DNA of 64,000 nucleotides from Octopus vulgaris (GCA_951406725.2 OX597815.1:24738001-24802000); one strand, 5' to 3'; counted from the stretch's first letter, positions 1 through 12,862 are shown. A program made the numbers and translations. Notes: generated by a model from the letters alone, not told the origin.

Positions 1-290
1 CATTAGATTCACTTCAACATTTAAATTTAATTTGCCAAAATATTTTCATCGCTTTAAGACTGCAACCTGTTCACTGACAAAATTCCATGGAAGTGAATCT
101 AACGGTTTTTGTGTGTTTCTTAAATGGCTTATAAACACCTTCCACACTGCAAAGTTGAAATATCTGAACTGATAAAATCTTGCAAATCGGTAAAAAAACC
201 TGGCATATAAACACCTTCCATGCTGCAATTGTTTTCGTTCCAGCACACGATCTCAGATCAGGTCACTTGCTATGCAAGTACATCTCCATA
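1..290. repeat. Dispersed repeat with internal inversion (Penelope-like terminal repeat or foldback element); related copy at 35812-35950
   Basis: 3-86 matches ~35862-35946 directly, while 90-150 is the reverse complement of ~35812-35875. TTAGATTCACTTC (3-15) and GAAGTGAATCTAA (90-102) are inverted. Confidence 0.6.
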
Positions 291-1558
291 ATATTTTAAC
301 TTTGTTCTCTATTTATATAGTAATATTTGTCACTGCTGAGTTGGAAAGTATTTTCTGTCACTTGATGTATCTTCCCTTGATGCCTTCAACTCAATAAAAC
401 TTATTGCTTCAGAAGAAGAGGTGACAGAAATCAGAAAAGATAGAGGAATGAAACTGTAACACTCATCACAAGACATAATGCCATTCTAGTTGTCTCTCAG
501 TCAAGAATACTCTATATTCTAAATGGCAGCATTTAAAGAAGTCCTTTTTTTCTCAACTTGATATCTTTGTGAAGTTCTTTTTTTGTGTTACAAATATGGT
601 TAAAAAGAAGAACAGGTTGCATCTAAAATAAGCTTAATCACCATTCATCTTCAAAAAGGAGCCATGGTAAGACATTGACAAACAGATTTCCCACTAATAT
701 TATAATATTATACTTTTCATTTGTTCATAGTTACAGTTATAAATAAACAGAAGATATTAATGTGTAGCTTCTGCATTCCTTATTAGTTATAGTTTGTAAT
801 ATCATAAACACAGCCAGATCAGACAGGAATGTGGGGCAGCCTCCTGGCTTCCCAGACCCCGGTCGAACCATCCAACCTGTGCTAGCACGGAAAACGGATG
901 TTAAACAATGATGATGATGATGATGACATATTTTAAGGCTATTTTATAGAGCAGAAAATGTTAAATGCACAATAATTAAAATTACCCTGAGATGACAACA
1001 CCCTCAGTGCATTAAACCTATCCCTATATTACTAAAAATGTTTGCAATTTCACAACCTCATCTCTGTAGTTTATGCACAAAATTTTAAGTGCAATCAAAC
1101 TTTACATTAATGCAAGTTGCACATTGTATTTTAATGCTTCACACTGATGCATATGTAACCCTTTACAACTTAATGCAAGCAATGTATACACCCATCTGTT
1201 TGAAGGCAATTCTAAAACTTGTTTCTTTATATATAGATAGATATATATTGTCAATTCAAATAAAGGGAAAATGAAATTAACAATACAAACAAGATGATGT
1301 GCACAAGGAATGTATTAGTTTGACGCTCAGAAAAAAAAAAAAGAGCTTTTGACATTCCGAGCATGGCTCTTTGTTGGAAAGAGAAAGGGAAATGTCTGAA
1401 GAAGGAAAAGAAATTGTCAACAGTGCATGTGTAGTTAGATTGCTTAAGTGACTGGAAGTGGAAAAAGAAAGAGAAAATGGTTTTTTTGAGAAAGGAGAGT
1501 GCACAGATAGTCAGTGTGTGTGTGTGTGTGTGTGTATGTGTACATACACACACACATA

Positions 1559-3128
1559 CAGGGTGCAGTGAATAAACTGTCATCTAAATTATGCAAAAAG
1601 GAAAATAACACCGACATTTCATTTTAACAGATATATTTACCAAAACTACAAAAAAAATATCTTGAAATACCATAGAGTAAGTTTATCCAATAAAATTGTC
1701 ATTGGCTTCAACCACAGCCTCCAGATGACTTCGGAAGCTCCTGCAACTCTGGATGGTCTCCTTGTTTAAGTTGGTGAATGCTGCCATAATCAGTTCATCT
1801 TTGGTGTTACAAGGAGTTTTGTTGGTCTTTTGCTCAACTGCGCCCCACACATAATAATCAAGGGGGTTGCATTCTGAGGAGTTAGGTGGCCAGATGTTAG
1901 AGGTGATGTGGTTGCAGAAATTGTCTGACAGTCATGACTGGATTCTCCTGCTTGTGTGGCATGGTGCAGAGTCCTGTAGCCAGACAAAGGGTCTTCCAGC
2001 AGCCACCCACTTGACCCAGGGCAGCACTACCTCCTCCAGGCACTTGATGTATGTCTCCATGTTGAGTCTGAGGCTGTGTGGGAAGATCAATGGAGGCTTA
2101 ATGTCGCCATTACTAGTGATTACTCCAAACATGATGTTGATTGGATGTTTGATTTTGATCACTCTTGGTACATGTTTTGGGGATACACCAAGTCAATGTT
2201 TGTTCTGTGTGTTCACCATTTGATCATCATCATCATCATCATCATCATCATTGTTTAACGTCTGCTTTCCATGCTAGCATAGGTTGGACGGTTCAACTGG
2301 GGTCTGGGAAGCCAGAAGGCTGCACCAGGCCCAGTCTGATCTGGCAGTATTTCTACAGCTGGATGCCCTTCCTAACGCCAACCACTCCGTGAGTGTAGTG
2401 GGTGCTTTTTATGTGCCAGATGAGGCTGGCAAACGGCCACGATCGGATGGTGCTTTTTACGTGCCACCGGCACGGAGGCCAGTCAGGACGGCGCTGGCTA
2501 CGGCCACGTTCAGATGGTTCTCTTACGTGTCACTGGCAGAAATTTTTCTCGTCTGTGAAAAACCAAAGAAGGTTCAGTTGAAGGGGATGCTTAAGTTTGT
2601 TTAAAAGTTTCATAGCATGGTCTTTCTTCTAGTCCTTGATGGCATGGGATAAAAATTGGTCCTTTCCCATCTTGTATGTGGAATATCAATTGTCTTCATG
2701 CACTATCTGACTGATAAGAAACTCAGACACTCCCATGTCCCTGTCGATGAAAATAACTGACTTGGGGGGATCATTGTCAATCATGGCCTGGATCTCACTA
2801 ACAAATTCAGAAGTTCTTTTCTTATCAGAATGATCAGAGTGAGTTTTCTGAGCAGCCGTATCTTTGTAATCACCATTAGACTCATTCAACTCTTTCTGAA
2901 TCCTCTGCACTGTCCTCAGATCAACACCTAAACACATATTGGAGCCAACCAGTACAGCATGTCGTTTCCAAATTTGTGGCAGAGTGAATTGCATCATGGT
3001 GCAGTTTTTCTCACAGATGGTACCTAACTGACCCTACTATACTGTGTAGTCAACAAAATCAAAAACAAACAATGCACATACACGAAATTAAAAATATAAA
3101 ATGGTGACAATTTACCCATTGCACCCTG
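1559..3128 (-). mobile_element. Degenerate Tc1/mariner transposon, DD37D (maT-type), interrupted by a family-A retroposon
   Basis: TA-flanked TIRs (CAGGGTGCAGTGAATAAACTGTCA and reverse-complemented CAGGGTGCAATGGGTAAATTGTCA). Transposase pieces: HTH region in ORF 2686-2997, WFFTDEKNF, and QDSAPCH...WPPNSSECNPLDYYVW with 37 residues between the last two Asp. Stops and frameshifts are present. Confidence 0.9.
2223..2538 (-). mobile_element. Family-A retroposon ((GAT)n tail, hairpin-unit array) inserted in the maT transposase
   Basis: Shared body GGAAGGGCATCCAGCTGTAGAAA...CCATGCTAGCATGGAAAGC plus (GAT)n tail. It splits the transposase codons TGC CAG | GAT CAA. Confidence 0.85.
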
Positions 3129-3132
<4 letters not shown>

Positions 3133-3181
<49 letters not shown>

Positions 3182-3182
3182 T
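3133..3182. repeat. (AAT)n microsatellite
   Basis: Directly visible. Confidence 0.95.
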
Positions 3183-3275
3183 TGAGGGAATATTATTCCA
3201 AACTTACAGGGAAAATTTCTAGATGGTGTAATTTAATTTTTCATTTTGAATTGATAAAAGGTGTTTTTTTTTCTA

Positions 3276-3305
<30 letters not shown>

Positions 3306-3306
<1 letters not shown>

Positions 3307-3717
3307 CTCTTTTACTCTTTTACTCTTTTACTTGTTTCAGTCATATGACTGCGGCCATGCTGGAGCACCGCCTTTAGTCGAGCAAATCGACCCCAGGACT
3401 TATTCTTTGTAAGCCCAGTACTTATTCTATCGGTCTCTTTTGCCGAACCGCTAAGTGACGGGGACGTAAACACACCAGCATCGGTTGTCAAGCAATGCTA
3501 GGGGGACAAACACAGACACACAAACACACACACATATATATATATATATATACGACGGGCTTCTTTTCAGTTTCCGTCTACCAAATCCACTCACAAGGCA
3601 TTGGTCGGCCTGAGGCTATAGTAGAAGACACTTGCCCAAGGTGCCGCGCAGTGGGACTGAACCCGGAACTATGTGGTCGGTAAACAAGCTACTTACCACA
3701 CAGCCACTCCTGCGCCT
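3306..3717 (-). mobile_element. Family-B tRNA-derived SINE, full length
   Basis: Reverse complement of the 11965-12357 copy: A/B-box-like head, CCTTGGGCAAGTG core-like motif, central microsatellite and (GTAAAAGA)n tail. Confidence 0.88.
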
Positions 3718-3991
3718 ATATAAAATTAACTTTTTATCATGTTCCATAACAGTGCTAGTATCTTATTCAGTGTGCCAATATATCATATATTAAATAAGAT
3801 TGAAAACAACAGCATTGTTTTGTTTACTTTTCCCAGGATGATATTGGCTAAAAAGCTGAAGTAGTTTGGTGATTTCTTGCATGTATTTAAGTGAGTATGT
3901 ATTTTATGAAACGTCCTATTTAATCTTGATAGCCTGTTGGGAAACATAACATTGTGTGGAGTGGGGTATTTTTATAAATAACTTACACTCT

Positions 3992-4305
3992 AGTGATTAC
4001 AACGCTGAGGGTTCTAGGTGATCTGATCAATGAAACAGCCGGCTTGTGAAATTAATCTACAAGTGGTTAGACACTTCACAGTCTCGTGTACTCTTCATAT
4101 AGTTCTCAAGAAGATTCAGTGTAACACAGAGAGCGACAAGGCTGGCTCTTTGAATTACAGATACAACTTACTTTTGCCATCGGAGTGGAATGGAGCAACA
4201 TGAAACAAAGTGTTTTGTTCAAGGACACAACGTGCTGCCAGGAATTGAACTCAGAACCTTATGATCATGAGCCAAGTATCCTAACCACTAAGCCACACAC
4301 CTTCA
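3992..4305 (-). mobile_element. tRNA-derived SINE, head E with tail Y
   Basis: Head TGGCTTAGTGGTTAGG...GAGTTCAATTCC followed by GTGTCCTTGAACAAAACAC. The 3' half is homologous to 53344-53505. Confidence 0.75.
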
Positions 4306-5435
4306 TATACTTATAAAGATATACTAGTTAAAGATCCCTATTGACTCGGGTTTAAGTTTCACACAAGAATGAAACTTAGTGCAACAGACCAAAAGTGCTC
4401 CCTCTTTCTCTCTCTCTCTTTCACTCTTCGTCTCTCTCTCTCTCTCTCTCTCTCTTTCACTCTTTGTCTCTCTCTCTATCTCTTATATATTTGTGTTTCT
4501 ATTTTTTAAACAAGGGTTAACATGTAGATATAAAGAGTATATGTGAAACAGTAAAAATGCGAGATAATTGGGTTATCACATTCTCACGTTTTTATTACCC
4601 TCTGTTATAAACTCTTTAATTGTTTAAAACACATATTCACTATTCAATCCTACATTAACAACGCACGTATGTGTGTGTGTGTGTGTGTGTGTGTGTACAA
4701 TTGGCTTCTATTTACATGACTAGTACAGGGACATATAACTTTAGAGAAAAGCTCATGTTAAAATGTTGATAATATTGATGACATGAAAACAAAGGACAAT
4801 AACAACAACAACGATGATGATGATGATGATGATGATGGTAGTGGTGGCGAGGACTCTTGGAATGTGGAACCAAAAGAGTGTTATGAAGTTAATGAAGCCA
4901 TAATCTCTGTAAAAACTGTTGCAAAATATGTCAAGAACTTCCTAGGTCTTGGAGAAAATTACAGAAAATATAGACACCATGGTAACAAGCTTTTATATCC
5001 AAACTGCACGTGAATATAAAATGCAATCTGATTAAAACACATTTTTAAAAAAGGAGTGGGAGAGATGTAATGAACAATTCTTATACAACTTCATTGATCA
5101 AAAGACATTTCTATAAGTAGTGGAACATTTTCCTGCTACATAGTCAGCAGCTCGATGGGCAGTTCCAATTCTGACATCGAAGTCATTAGTTTCAGCTGCT
5201 ATTCCTGAACAGTAATTTCAGGCCTCCTCAAAAATGGTTTTGGTCTCATGGGACACCTAATCATTACAGATTTGACCTGATAATGTTTGCCAAATAATGT
5301 TTTATTTTCATGCTATAACTACATTAAATAAGGAGCTTTGTCAGTCACCTGTTATTGAATAGCTGTTAATGACAAATTCTCTAAATTTGGTTCACATCAA
5401 GAACACAAAGAATCTCAGCAAAAATAAATTCATAC

Positions 5436-5846
5436 TTCTTTACTGCCCACAAGGGGCTAAACACAGAGAGGACAAACAAGGAAATACAAACGGATTAAGT
5501 TGATTACATTGACCCCAGTGCGTAACTGGTACTTATTTAATCGACCCTGAAAGGATGAAAGGCAAAGTCGACCTCGGTGGAATTTGAACTCAGAACGTAA
5601 AGACGGAGGAAATACCTATTTCTTTACTACCCACAAGGGGCTAAACACAGAGAGGACAAACAAGGAAATACAAATGGATTAAGTCGATTACATCGACCCC
5701 AGTGCGTAACTGGTACTTATTTAATCGATCCCGAAAGGATGAAAGGCTAAGTCGACCTCGGTGGAATTTGAACTCAGAACGTAGCGGCAAACAAAATACC
5801 ACTAAGCATTTTTCCCGGCGCATTAACGTTTCTGCCAGCTCGCCGC
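5436..5846 (-). mobile_element. Family-C SINE (Meta-domain-like body), dimeric
   Basis: Head GGCGAGCTGGCAGAAACGTTA. The body GTCGACTTTGCCTTTCATCCTTTC..GGTCGATTAAATAAGTACCAG occurs twice in tandem. Confidence 0.85.
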
Positions 5847-6666
5847 GAAAATAAATACAGCCACATTAACAACTTGTATTTGTATCAGTCATCTTCCCCG
5901 GGGTTGTGCTCTCTTTCATTTTGATATTGCTTTTATGATTTCACCTGAAGCGTGGCCTTTCTGCACTCTTGCAAGAACAATTATATGCACTCTTCTCAAT
6001 CTACATCCTCTTTTGTTTTCTTTTCCTTGTGAAATCTCACTTAATAAAGGTTCTTCCACATCAACTGCTTTTTTTTAAGTAGTAACTATATTTTATCAGT
6101 TTTGTGAACTTTATAGAAGTGGTAAAAACATCCATCTACAAAGAATCTTCAGGTATCTTGAAACACATGACCGTTTCCAAGTGAAAGTGTTGTATCACAG
6201 TAAATTTCATTCAACCCTATCTCATTGGAGATAACATCAATTTCGAGTCTCACCCATCCTGAAGGGACATCTTGAATTTTCTGGGTAGCCTTATTTCAGC
6301 TAGATTTCTGTCTAACATAACAACACAATACTCCTAAATCAATTCTTTTATAAACATTTACTGAGTTCTTAAAAGAGTTTTTTCAACTTTTTTTTAGATT
6401 GGCTACAACTTTTCAGAAATAAATATCTTTCTGTCTACAAAAAGCTTGTCATTTGAAGTTCACAAATATAAATAACTCTGTATGCTGTGGTGGCAAGATG
6501 AGAACTTTGATGTTTCAAATGAACTCTTTCATTGGGGATTATGTGTATGGTAGCACTGAGTGTATGTTTTTAAGATTTAGCAACCATTATAATATCGTTA
6601 TGAAATTTTAACCCTTTGGTTAGTTAAACTACACGATCTTTGTTTCAAGCGATTTTTAAAATAATC

Positions 6667-6885
6667 TTTTATCTTTCACTTGTTTCAACCATTAGACTGT
6701 GGCCATGCTGGGTCACTGCCTTGAAGGATTTTAGCTGGACAAATCAACACTAGGACTTACTTTTTTTTAAGCCTAGTACTTATTCCATTGGTCTTTTTTG
6801 CCAAACTGCTAAGTTGTGAGGAAGTAAACACACCTACATCAGTTGTCAAGCAATGGTGGGGGAACAAACACAGACATAAAGGCAT

Positions 6886-6925
<40 letters not shown>

Positions 6926-7316
6926 AATCTATCAAATCTACTCACAAGGCTTTGGTTGGCCTGAGGCTATAGTAGAAGACATTCTAAGGCAGCGAGCTGG
7001 CAGACACGTTAGCGCGCTGGACGAAGTGCTTAGCGGTATTTCGTCTGTCGTTATGTTCTGAGTTCAAATTCTGCCGAGGTCGACTTTGCCTTTCATCTTT
7101 TTGGGGTCGATAAATAAAGTACCAGTTTTGCACTGGGGTCAATGTAATCTATTTAATGTCTTTGTCTGTCTTTCTTTGTCCCCTCTATGTTTAGCCCCTT
7201 GTGGGAAATAAAGAAATATATAGTAGAAGACATTTGCCCAAGGTGTCGTCATGCAATGGGACTGAACCCAGAACCATGTAGTTAGGAAGCAAGCTTCTTA
7301 CTACACAACCACGCCT
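6667..7316 (-). mobile_element. Family-B SINE interrupted by a family-C SINE
   Basis: B tail at 6667-6983 and B head at 7219-7316. Confidence 0.82.
6984..7218 (+). mobile_element. Family-C SINE monomer with 16-bp TSD
   Basis: TATAGTAGAAGACATT at both 6968-6983 and 7219-7234. Confidence 0.9.
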
Positions 7317-7854
7317 GAAGAATTTAGCAAAATAACTTGTTTATTTATTAAGATAGTGTTTGGAACATAAATTAACATGATATTTTGATGAAGATTTTAG
7401 ATCCCTTTAAAACAGGAAGTTTGTATCATAGAACCAAGAGTGGTCTTGAGCCGGTTGGTATCAAAATGGAATGTTGTTTTCACTAGAGTAAAGGTAGATT
7501 TTTGCCAATGTAAATATCATTTCTATAAACTAGAAGAAACAGAGTAACTGATAATAACAGCAAGATGTTGCTATTGCAATCTTTGATGTTTGTCTATCAG
7601 CCATAAAAATTTCCATTCTGAAATGCTTTGAGAAAATCAGAAAATCCAAATAATAATTTGCACCTTGCTAAAAAGACTACAACATAATAATAATTAGTTT
7701 CAAATTTTGGCACATAGCTAGCAGCTTTTGAGGGGAGAGGAAGTTGATTACATCAACCCCAGTACTTGACTGGTACTTATTTTATTAACCCCCAAAAGGA
7801 TGAAAGGCAAAGTCGACCTTATCAAAATTTTAACAAAGAACTTGCTGCCTTAAT

Positions 7855-7878
7855 AAAATAGTAATAGTAATAATAACG

Positions 7879-7912
<34 letters not shown>

Positions 7913-7981
7913 TAATAATAATAATAACAATAATAATAATAATAATAATAATAAAATATTAATAATAATAATAATAATAAT

Positions 7982-8016
<35 letters not shown>

Positions 8017-8047
8017 TATTAATAATAATAATAATAATAATAATAAC

Positions 8048-8089
<42 letters not shown>

Positions 8090-8090
8090 C
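7855..8090. repeat. Long imperfect (AAT)n microsatellite
   Basis: Directly visible; source of the poly-L/I/Y ORFs. Confidence 0.95.
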
Positions 8091-8603
8091 ATGGTTTTTG
8101 ATCTTAAATGATTGGAAGTGTTATCATGTACAGGTTTTATCTTGGTGCAAAAGATGAGCTACAGTAAATATTCTGCTCAATACCACAGATTTGCTTGTCA
8201 GTTGTTTGACTCCAACCAGTTGAGCATGTGGCTGGTGATATGTGCACCTCTGATCATGAGCAGAAGTAGTGGGGAGCATCATAGCCATGTGTTAAGAGGG
8301 ATTCTTTGGGGTTTGAAACATGGGTGTTTTGTTCAACGTCCTTCAACAATCCTTTTTTTACGGACTTTTTGTGTGGGATGAGCTATTAAGTCTGAAGAAA
8401 ATTCTAACTGGGCCCCACCTTCAAGGTCAAGTGCTGTTTATCTCGATGTGAGATCACCATGTCAGACACAAATGGTTGTGATGCATGTGATGGTGTACCC
8501 TTATCAGGCAGGTAATCATGAAGGGTATATTGGGCTTCATATATTTGTGCCTCAGCGTCACTCTGAATGCATGCACTGCTCTCTCACTCAATAATAATAA
8601 TAA
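8091..8603 (+). repeat. Probable non-LTR retroelement 3' fragment ending in (AAT)n
   Basis: GC-richer block ending CTCTCTCACTCAATAATAATAATAAT. Family not assigned. Confidence 0.4.
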
Positions 8604-9050
8604 TCCTGTCTACTACAGGTATAAGGCCTGGAATTTTGGAAGAGGTGGGGCTAGTCAATTACATTGACCTTAGTGCTCAAACTGGAATGTATTTCATCCA
8701 CCCTGAAAGGATGAAAGCCAAAGTCAACCTCAGTGGAATTTTAACTCTGAACATTATGTGGGAAGAAATGTTGCTATGCGTCTTGTTCAGCATGGTAATG
8801 ATCCTGCCAACTCACCACTTTGATATAATAATAATAATATTGGTTTCAAATTATGGGCACAAGACCAGCAGTTTCAGGGAAGGGCTAAGTTAATTACATT
8901 GAATCCAGAGTCCAAATGGTACTTATTCTATCAACCCTGAAGGGATGAAAGGCAAAGCCAGCCTCAGCAGAATTTGAACTGAGAACATAAAAATGGATGA
9001 AATGCTCCTAAGCATTTTGCCTGGAATGCTAATGATTCTGCCAGCAGCAT
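8604..9050 (-). mobile_element. Two older family-C SINE copies in tandem with different tails
   Basis: GAAAGGATGAAAG(G/C)CAAAG body at ~8705 and ~8940. Tails read GGCCTTATACCTGTAGTAG and GGTCTTGTGCCCATAATTTGAAACC on the minus strand. Confidence 0.75.
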
Positions 9051-10309
9051 CAAGTGGAGGAGGAGGAGAGGAAGGAGGAGAAGGAGGAGGGAAGAAGAAG
9101 ATGATAATGATGAAGAAGAAGAAGAAGAAATCATTCAGAACAATCTGAAAAGTTGGCACATTTTGCTAAAATGAAATACCATTTACTGTTCTTATTAAAG
9201 GAGTGTTTTAGAATAAGTCCATACTTCACCAATATGAAAGGCTGGTTATTAATTACTACTTAGTACTATATTGCCAAGATATATTTGGTCTTTCCTATTT
9301 AATTAGGGGAAAGTAATTAAAAGTCTCAATGTTCCAAAGATTCTCAAATATTCAATGTTTCCATAATTCATTACAGCTTATTTCTTGCAGTAAAACACTA
9401 ATATTGATGGCAAATTTCATACCAATTTATATAAGACCAGATGTTAATTTTTTCCATACCTAAAATGTAATTGCAGACAAGTATTTTTGCTTAAATCTGT
9501 TATACATTGATTTTGCTAGAATAACATTTGCTTACAGCAGAAAAGACAAATGGCATCTGATTCTCAGCTTAAGTTAAAGCAGACTGAGAAGCGCCATCCG
9601 ATTTTGAGTAAGATTTGAGATCATGACCTTGTAGATCAGTCTTAATCTGACAGCCACAGTTTCTTAAAATTTGAAATCAATCCCTAAACATTAGAACAAA
9701 TTTTAGATTTATTAAAATTTTATTTTAAATAAAAAAAAACTTTAAAAAAAAACTTCATGTGGTTAAACTCTTAAAGTGTCAACTTACTGCTTTATAATTC
9801 ATTGGGTTTAACTCTCTGATATTAGTATTGTTTTGTGCACAGACATGAAATGGCAAAGTTAGATGCTGTTTTTAACAACTAGTTTCTAGGTCTTAAGTTA
9901 AATCCAGAGCAAGCATTTTGATGTACATTTAGGCAAAACACTAAGCATGTATTTAGAATCAAATTCCATTTGAAATGCAATTTATAAAATATTTGCAATC
10001 TTGTTTTTTTCCATTCTCTTTCCTCATAATAATATAATTTTATTTCTATAACATATATCATTCATGTATTTTTTTAGAGCTAGAGTGCTCCTGTATGGCC
10101 TCAGTTGCAATGATCAAAATGCACTAAAGAATTGTCATGCTGACAATTACAATGCTTTTAGAATCTTGATTGCTTTTTCTGGTATTACTCTTCATTCCTT
10201 TTAGGCCTTCAAAAATGTTTAGCATTTCTCAGTAAACCCTAATAGTTATGAGGTTACTATGGAACATTAGTAGAAGTATTTGCCAATCTAAACTTCGAAT
10301 TATTATTGT

Positions 10310-10510
10310 TGCTATTTAGCCAACACCAGGTCTGATTCTGCAAATCTATTATCAAAGGCATTCAGCAATGATAATCCTGTACTTTTTGCATATGCAGAAC
10401 TATGTTGTCCAATGTGGCCTTATTTCAGACAGTAGGATGTTATATGAGGGGGAGATTTAGCTGCTAATTCTAGAAGGTCAAGCAACAACATTAGAGAATG
10501 TCTCATTGGG
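10310..10510 (-). repeat. Family-F dispersed repeat (old SINE-like 3' part); related copies near 18845-19020, 27000-27182, 37788-37925, 49040-49240 and 50632-50712
   Basis: Recurrent motif GTTGTTTAGCyyCAGGTC..CCTGAT..AGCAGACCTATGATCAAAGGyATTC in both orientations. Confidence 0.6.
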
Positions 10511-10854
10511 TCAGTTGTTGCCACTGCTGTTGTAGTTGTTCTAAGGACAATGATATTGTTAGAAAGTCCTGATTCCATTTGTTCATTCATTCGATTATAT
10601 GTTGCCCCTGATTGAGCATACCTATAACCAAAAATGTGTGAGTGTGAGTGAGTGTGTGCATATGCATATCTTTAGGCAAAATACTAGACATGTATTTAGA
10701 ATCAAATTCCATTGCCTTCAAGCACAGTTATTAAATAATTGTCTGGTAATCTAATATTCTGTGCAAAACTGATAGGTAAGATCAGCTGAAGTGGATCTGC
10801 AATACTGTTTACTTTTTGAAATATATATATACATATATATACATATATATATAT

Positions 10855-11267
10855 TTCTTTATTGCCCACAGGGTGCTAAACATAGAGGGGACAAACAAGT
10901 ACAGACAAAAGGTTTCAGTCGATTACATCAACCCCAGTGCATAACTGGTATTTATTTAATCAACCCCGAAAGGATGAAAGGCAAAGTTGACCTCGGCGGA
11001 GTTTGAACTCAGAACGTAATGCTAGATGAAATACCTATTTCTTTACTACCCACAAGGGGCTAAACATAGAGGGGACAAACAAGTACAGACAAAGTGTTTC
11101 AGTCAATTACATCAACCCCAGTGTGTAACTGGTACTTATTTGATCAACCCTGAAAGGATGAAAGGCAAAGTCGACCTCGGCGGAGTTTGAACTCAGAACG
11201 TAACAATAGATGAAATACTGCTTAGCATTTCGCCCGGCTTGCTAACGATTCTGCTAATTCGCTGCCT
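10855..11267 (-). mobile_element. Family-C SINE, dimeric
   Basis: Same dimer architecture and junction (GAAATACCTATTTCTTTACTACCCACAAGG on +) as 5436-5846. Confidence 0.85.
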
Positions 11268-11964
11268 TATATATATATATATTGTCAAGGTGGTACTCCA
11301 GCATGGCAACAGTCTAATGACTGAAACGTAAAATATATATATAAAATATATACATATATATGTTAACACTTTATCCGATAGGGTGAGATTTGAAGGAAAA
11401 TTGGCTATTATTCTTAGCAAGTTTGGAACGCTGCATATAGGTTTCCCTTATTCTCAAAGTTCTCTGGAATTTGTGATCTGAAATATCCTATCTGGCAGTG
11501 TTAAAAGAGAGACATTTCTTGTACAATATACACTGCTTTTTTTTTTTTGTTTTTATCAGAACATGATTTTGCAAATGAGAGGTGTTAACTGATTCTAACA
11601 GAAACTACATCATAGAATTAAAATAGCCATGTAGATAAAATATTGAACAAATTATATTTATTGATGTAGCAATAGACAGCAGTTACAGGCACAAAAAATA
11701 GATACTGGTTATTGATGTGGAAAATAGATATCAGTTGTAGGTGTGGTCAAAAAGTAACAGTACTTCTAGAACATCCATATTTAGGGTATAAATTAAAGAA
11801 AATACTTTACTCAGAAAATTTGTCTTATGCATGCATAATTTCTTATCAGAATCCATGTTTCATAATTTTGCATCATATATTTCAGTAGTTTGTATTTAGC
11901 ATCATTACTTTTATTTGTTTTACATTCACTTTTCCATTAAATAGGTTTTGAAAATTTGGACAAT

Positions 11965-12357
11965 AGGCGTAGGAGTGGCTGTGTGGTAAGTAGCTTGCTT
12001 ACCAACCACATGGTTCCTGGTTCAGTCCCACTGCGTGGCACCTTGGGCAAGTGTCTTCTACTATAGCCTCGGGCCGACCAAAGCCTTGTGAGTAGATTTG
12101 GTAGACAGAAACTGAAAGAAGCCCATTGTATATATGTGTGTGTTTGTGTGCCTGTGTTTGTCCTCCCAACATCGCTTGACAACCGGTGCTGGTGTGTTTA
12201 CGTCCCCGTCACTTAGCGGCTCGGCAAAAAGAGACCGATAGAATAAGTACTGGGCTTACAAAAAGAATAAGTCCCGGGGTCGAGTTACTCAACTAAAGGC
12301 GGTGCTCCAGCATGGCCACAGTCAAATGACTGAAACAAGTAAAAGAGAGTAAAAGAG
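11965..12357 (+). mobile_element. Family-B tRNA-derived SINE, full length
   Basis: GGAGTGGCTGTGTGGTAAG (A-box-like), GGTTCAGTCCC (B-box-like), CCTTGGGCAAGTGTC, and 3' end GGCGGTGCTCCAGCATGGCCACAGTCAAATGACTGAAAC followed by GTAAAAGA repeats. Confidence 0.9.
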
Positions 12358-12862
12358 AATTATGTGTCATCCTCATCATCATTATCATTTAATGTCCATG
12401 TTCTATGCTGGTATGGGTTGGATGTGCAGAAAAAAATTGTTTTTAAAGAAGGAATATTTTCTTACTATTGATCATACAAGTATAAAGCAGGATTGAAACA
12501 AGGACAAAATGACAATATTGACTGTATGTTCAGGGTGAAATACCATAACCTCAGAGTCCGTATGCTTTACCATAGATATAACATCTAAAATACTGTATAA
12601 CCTTTTAGAAATAATTCTAACCTTGTTTTTTATCAGCTGTGCATGATGTGTGGTAGAACGCATCCAATAGAGTAAATACAAAACTGGCCAACCTCAGTAA
12701 ATTACATAGGCTGCACATAATTGTGTAAGTATACCAAGTAAATTAACCTCTAACTTGAGATAATACTTGTCAATTACACTGCAAGAGAGTGTAAATATCC
12801 CAGTAAGATTTGTATCCAGTTCAGCAGATCACATTTATTGTTGTTCTTAAGACTTGAGATTC

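Noticed and set aside
12472-12681. Minus-strand ORF containing HHAQL just downstream of the ITPR exon, considered as the next exon (expected HAAxLEKKQNE...)
   Set aside because: No similarity beyond two or three residues and no suitable acceptor. The true next exon was not found and presumably lies before position 1.
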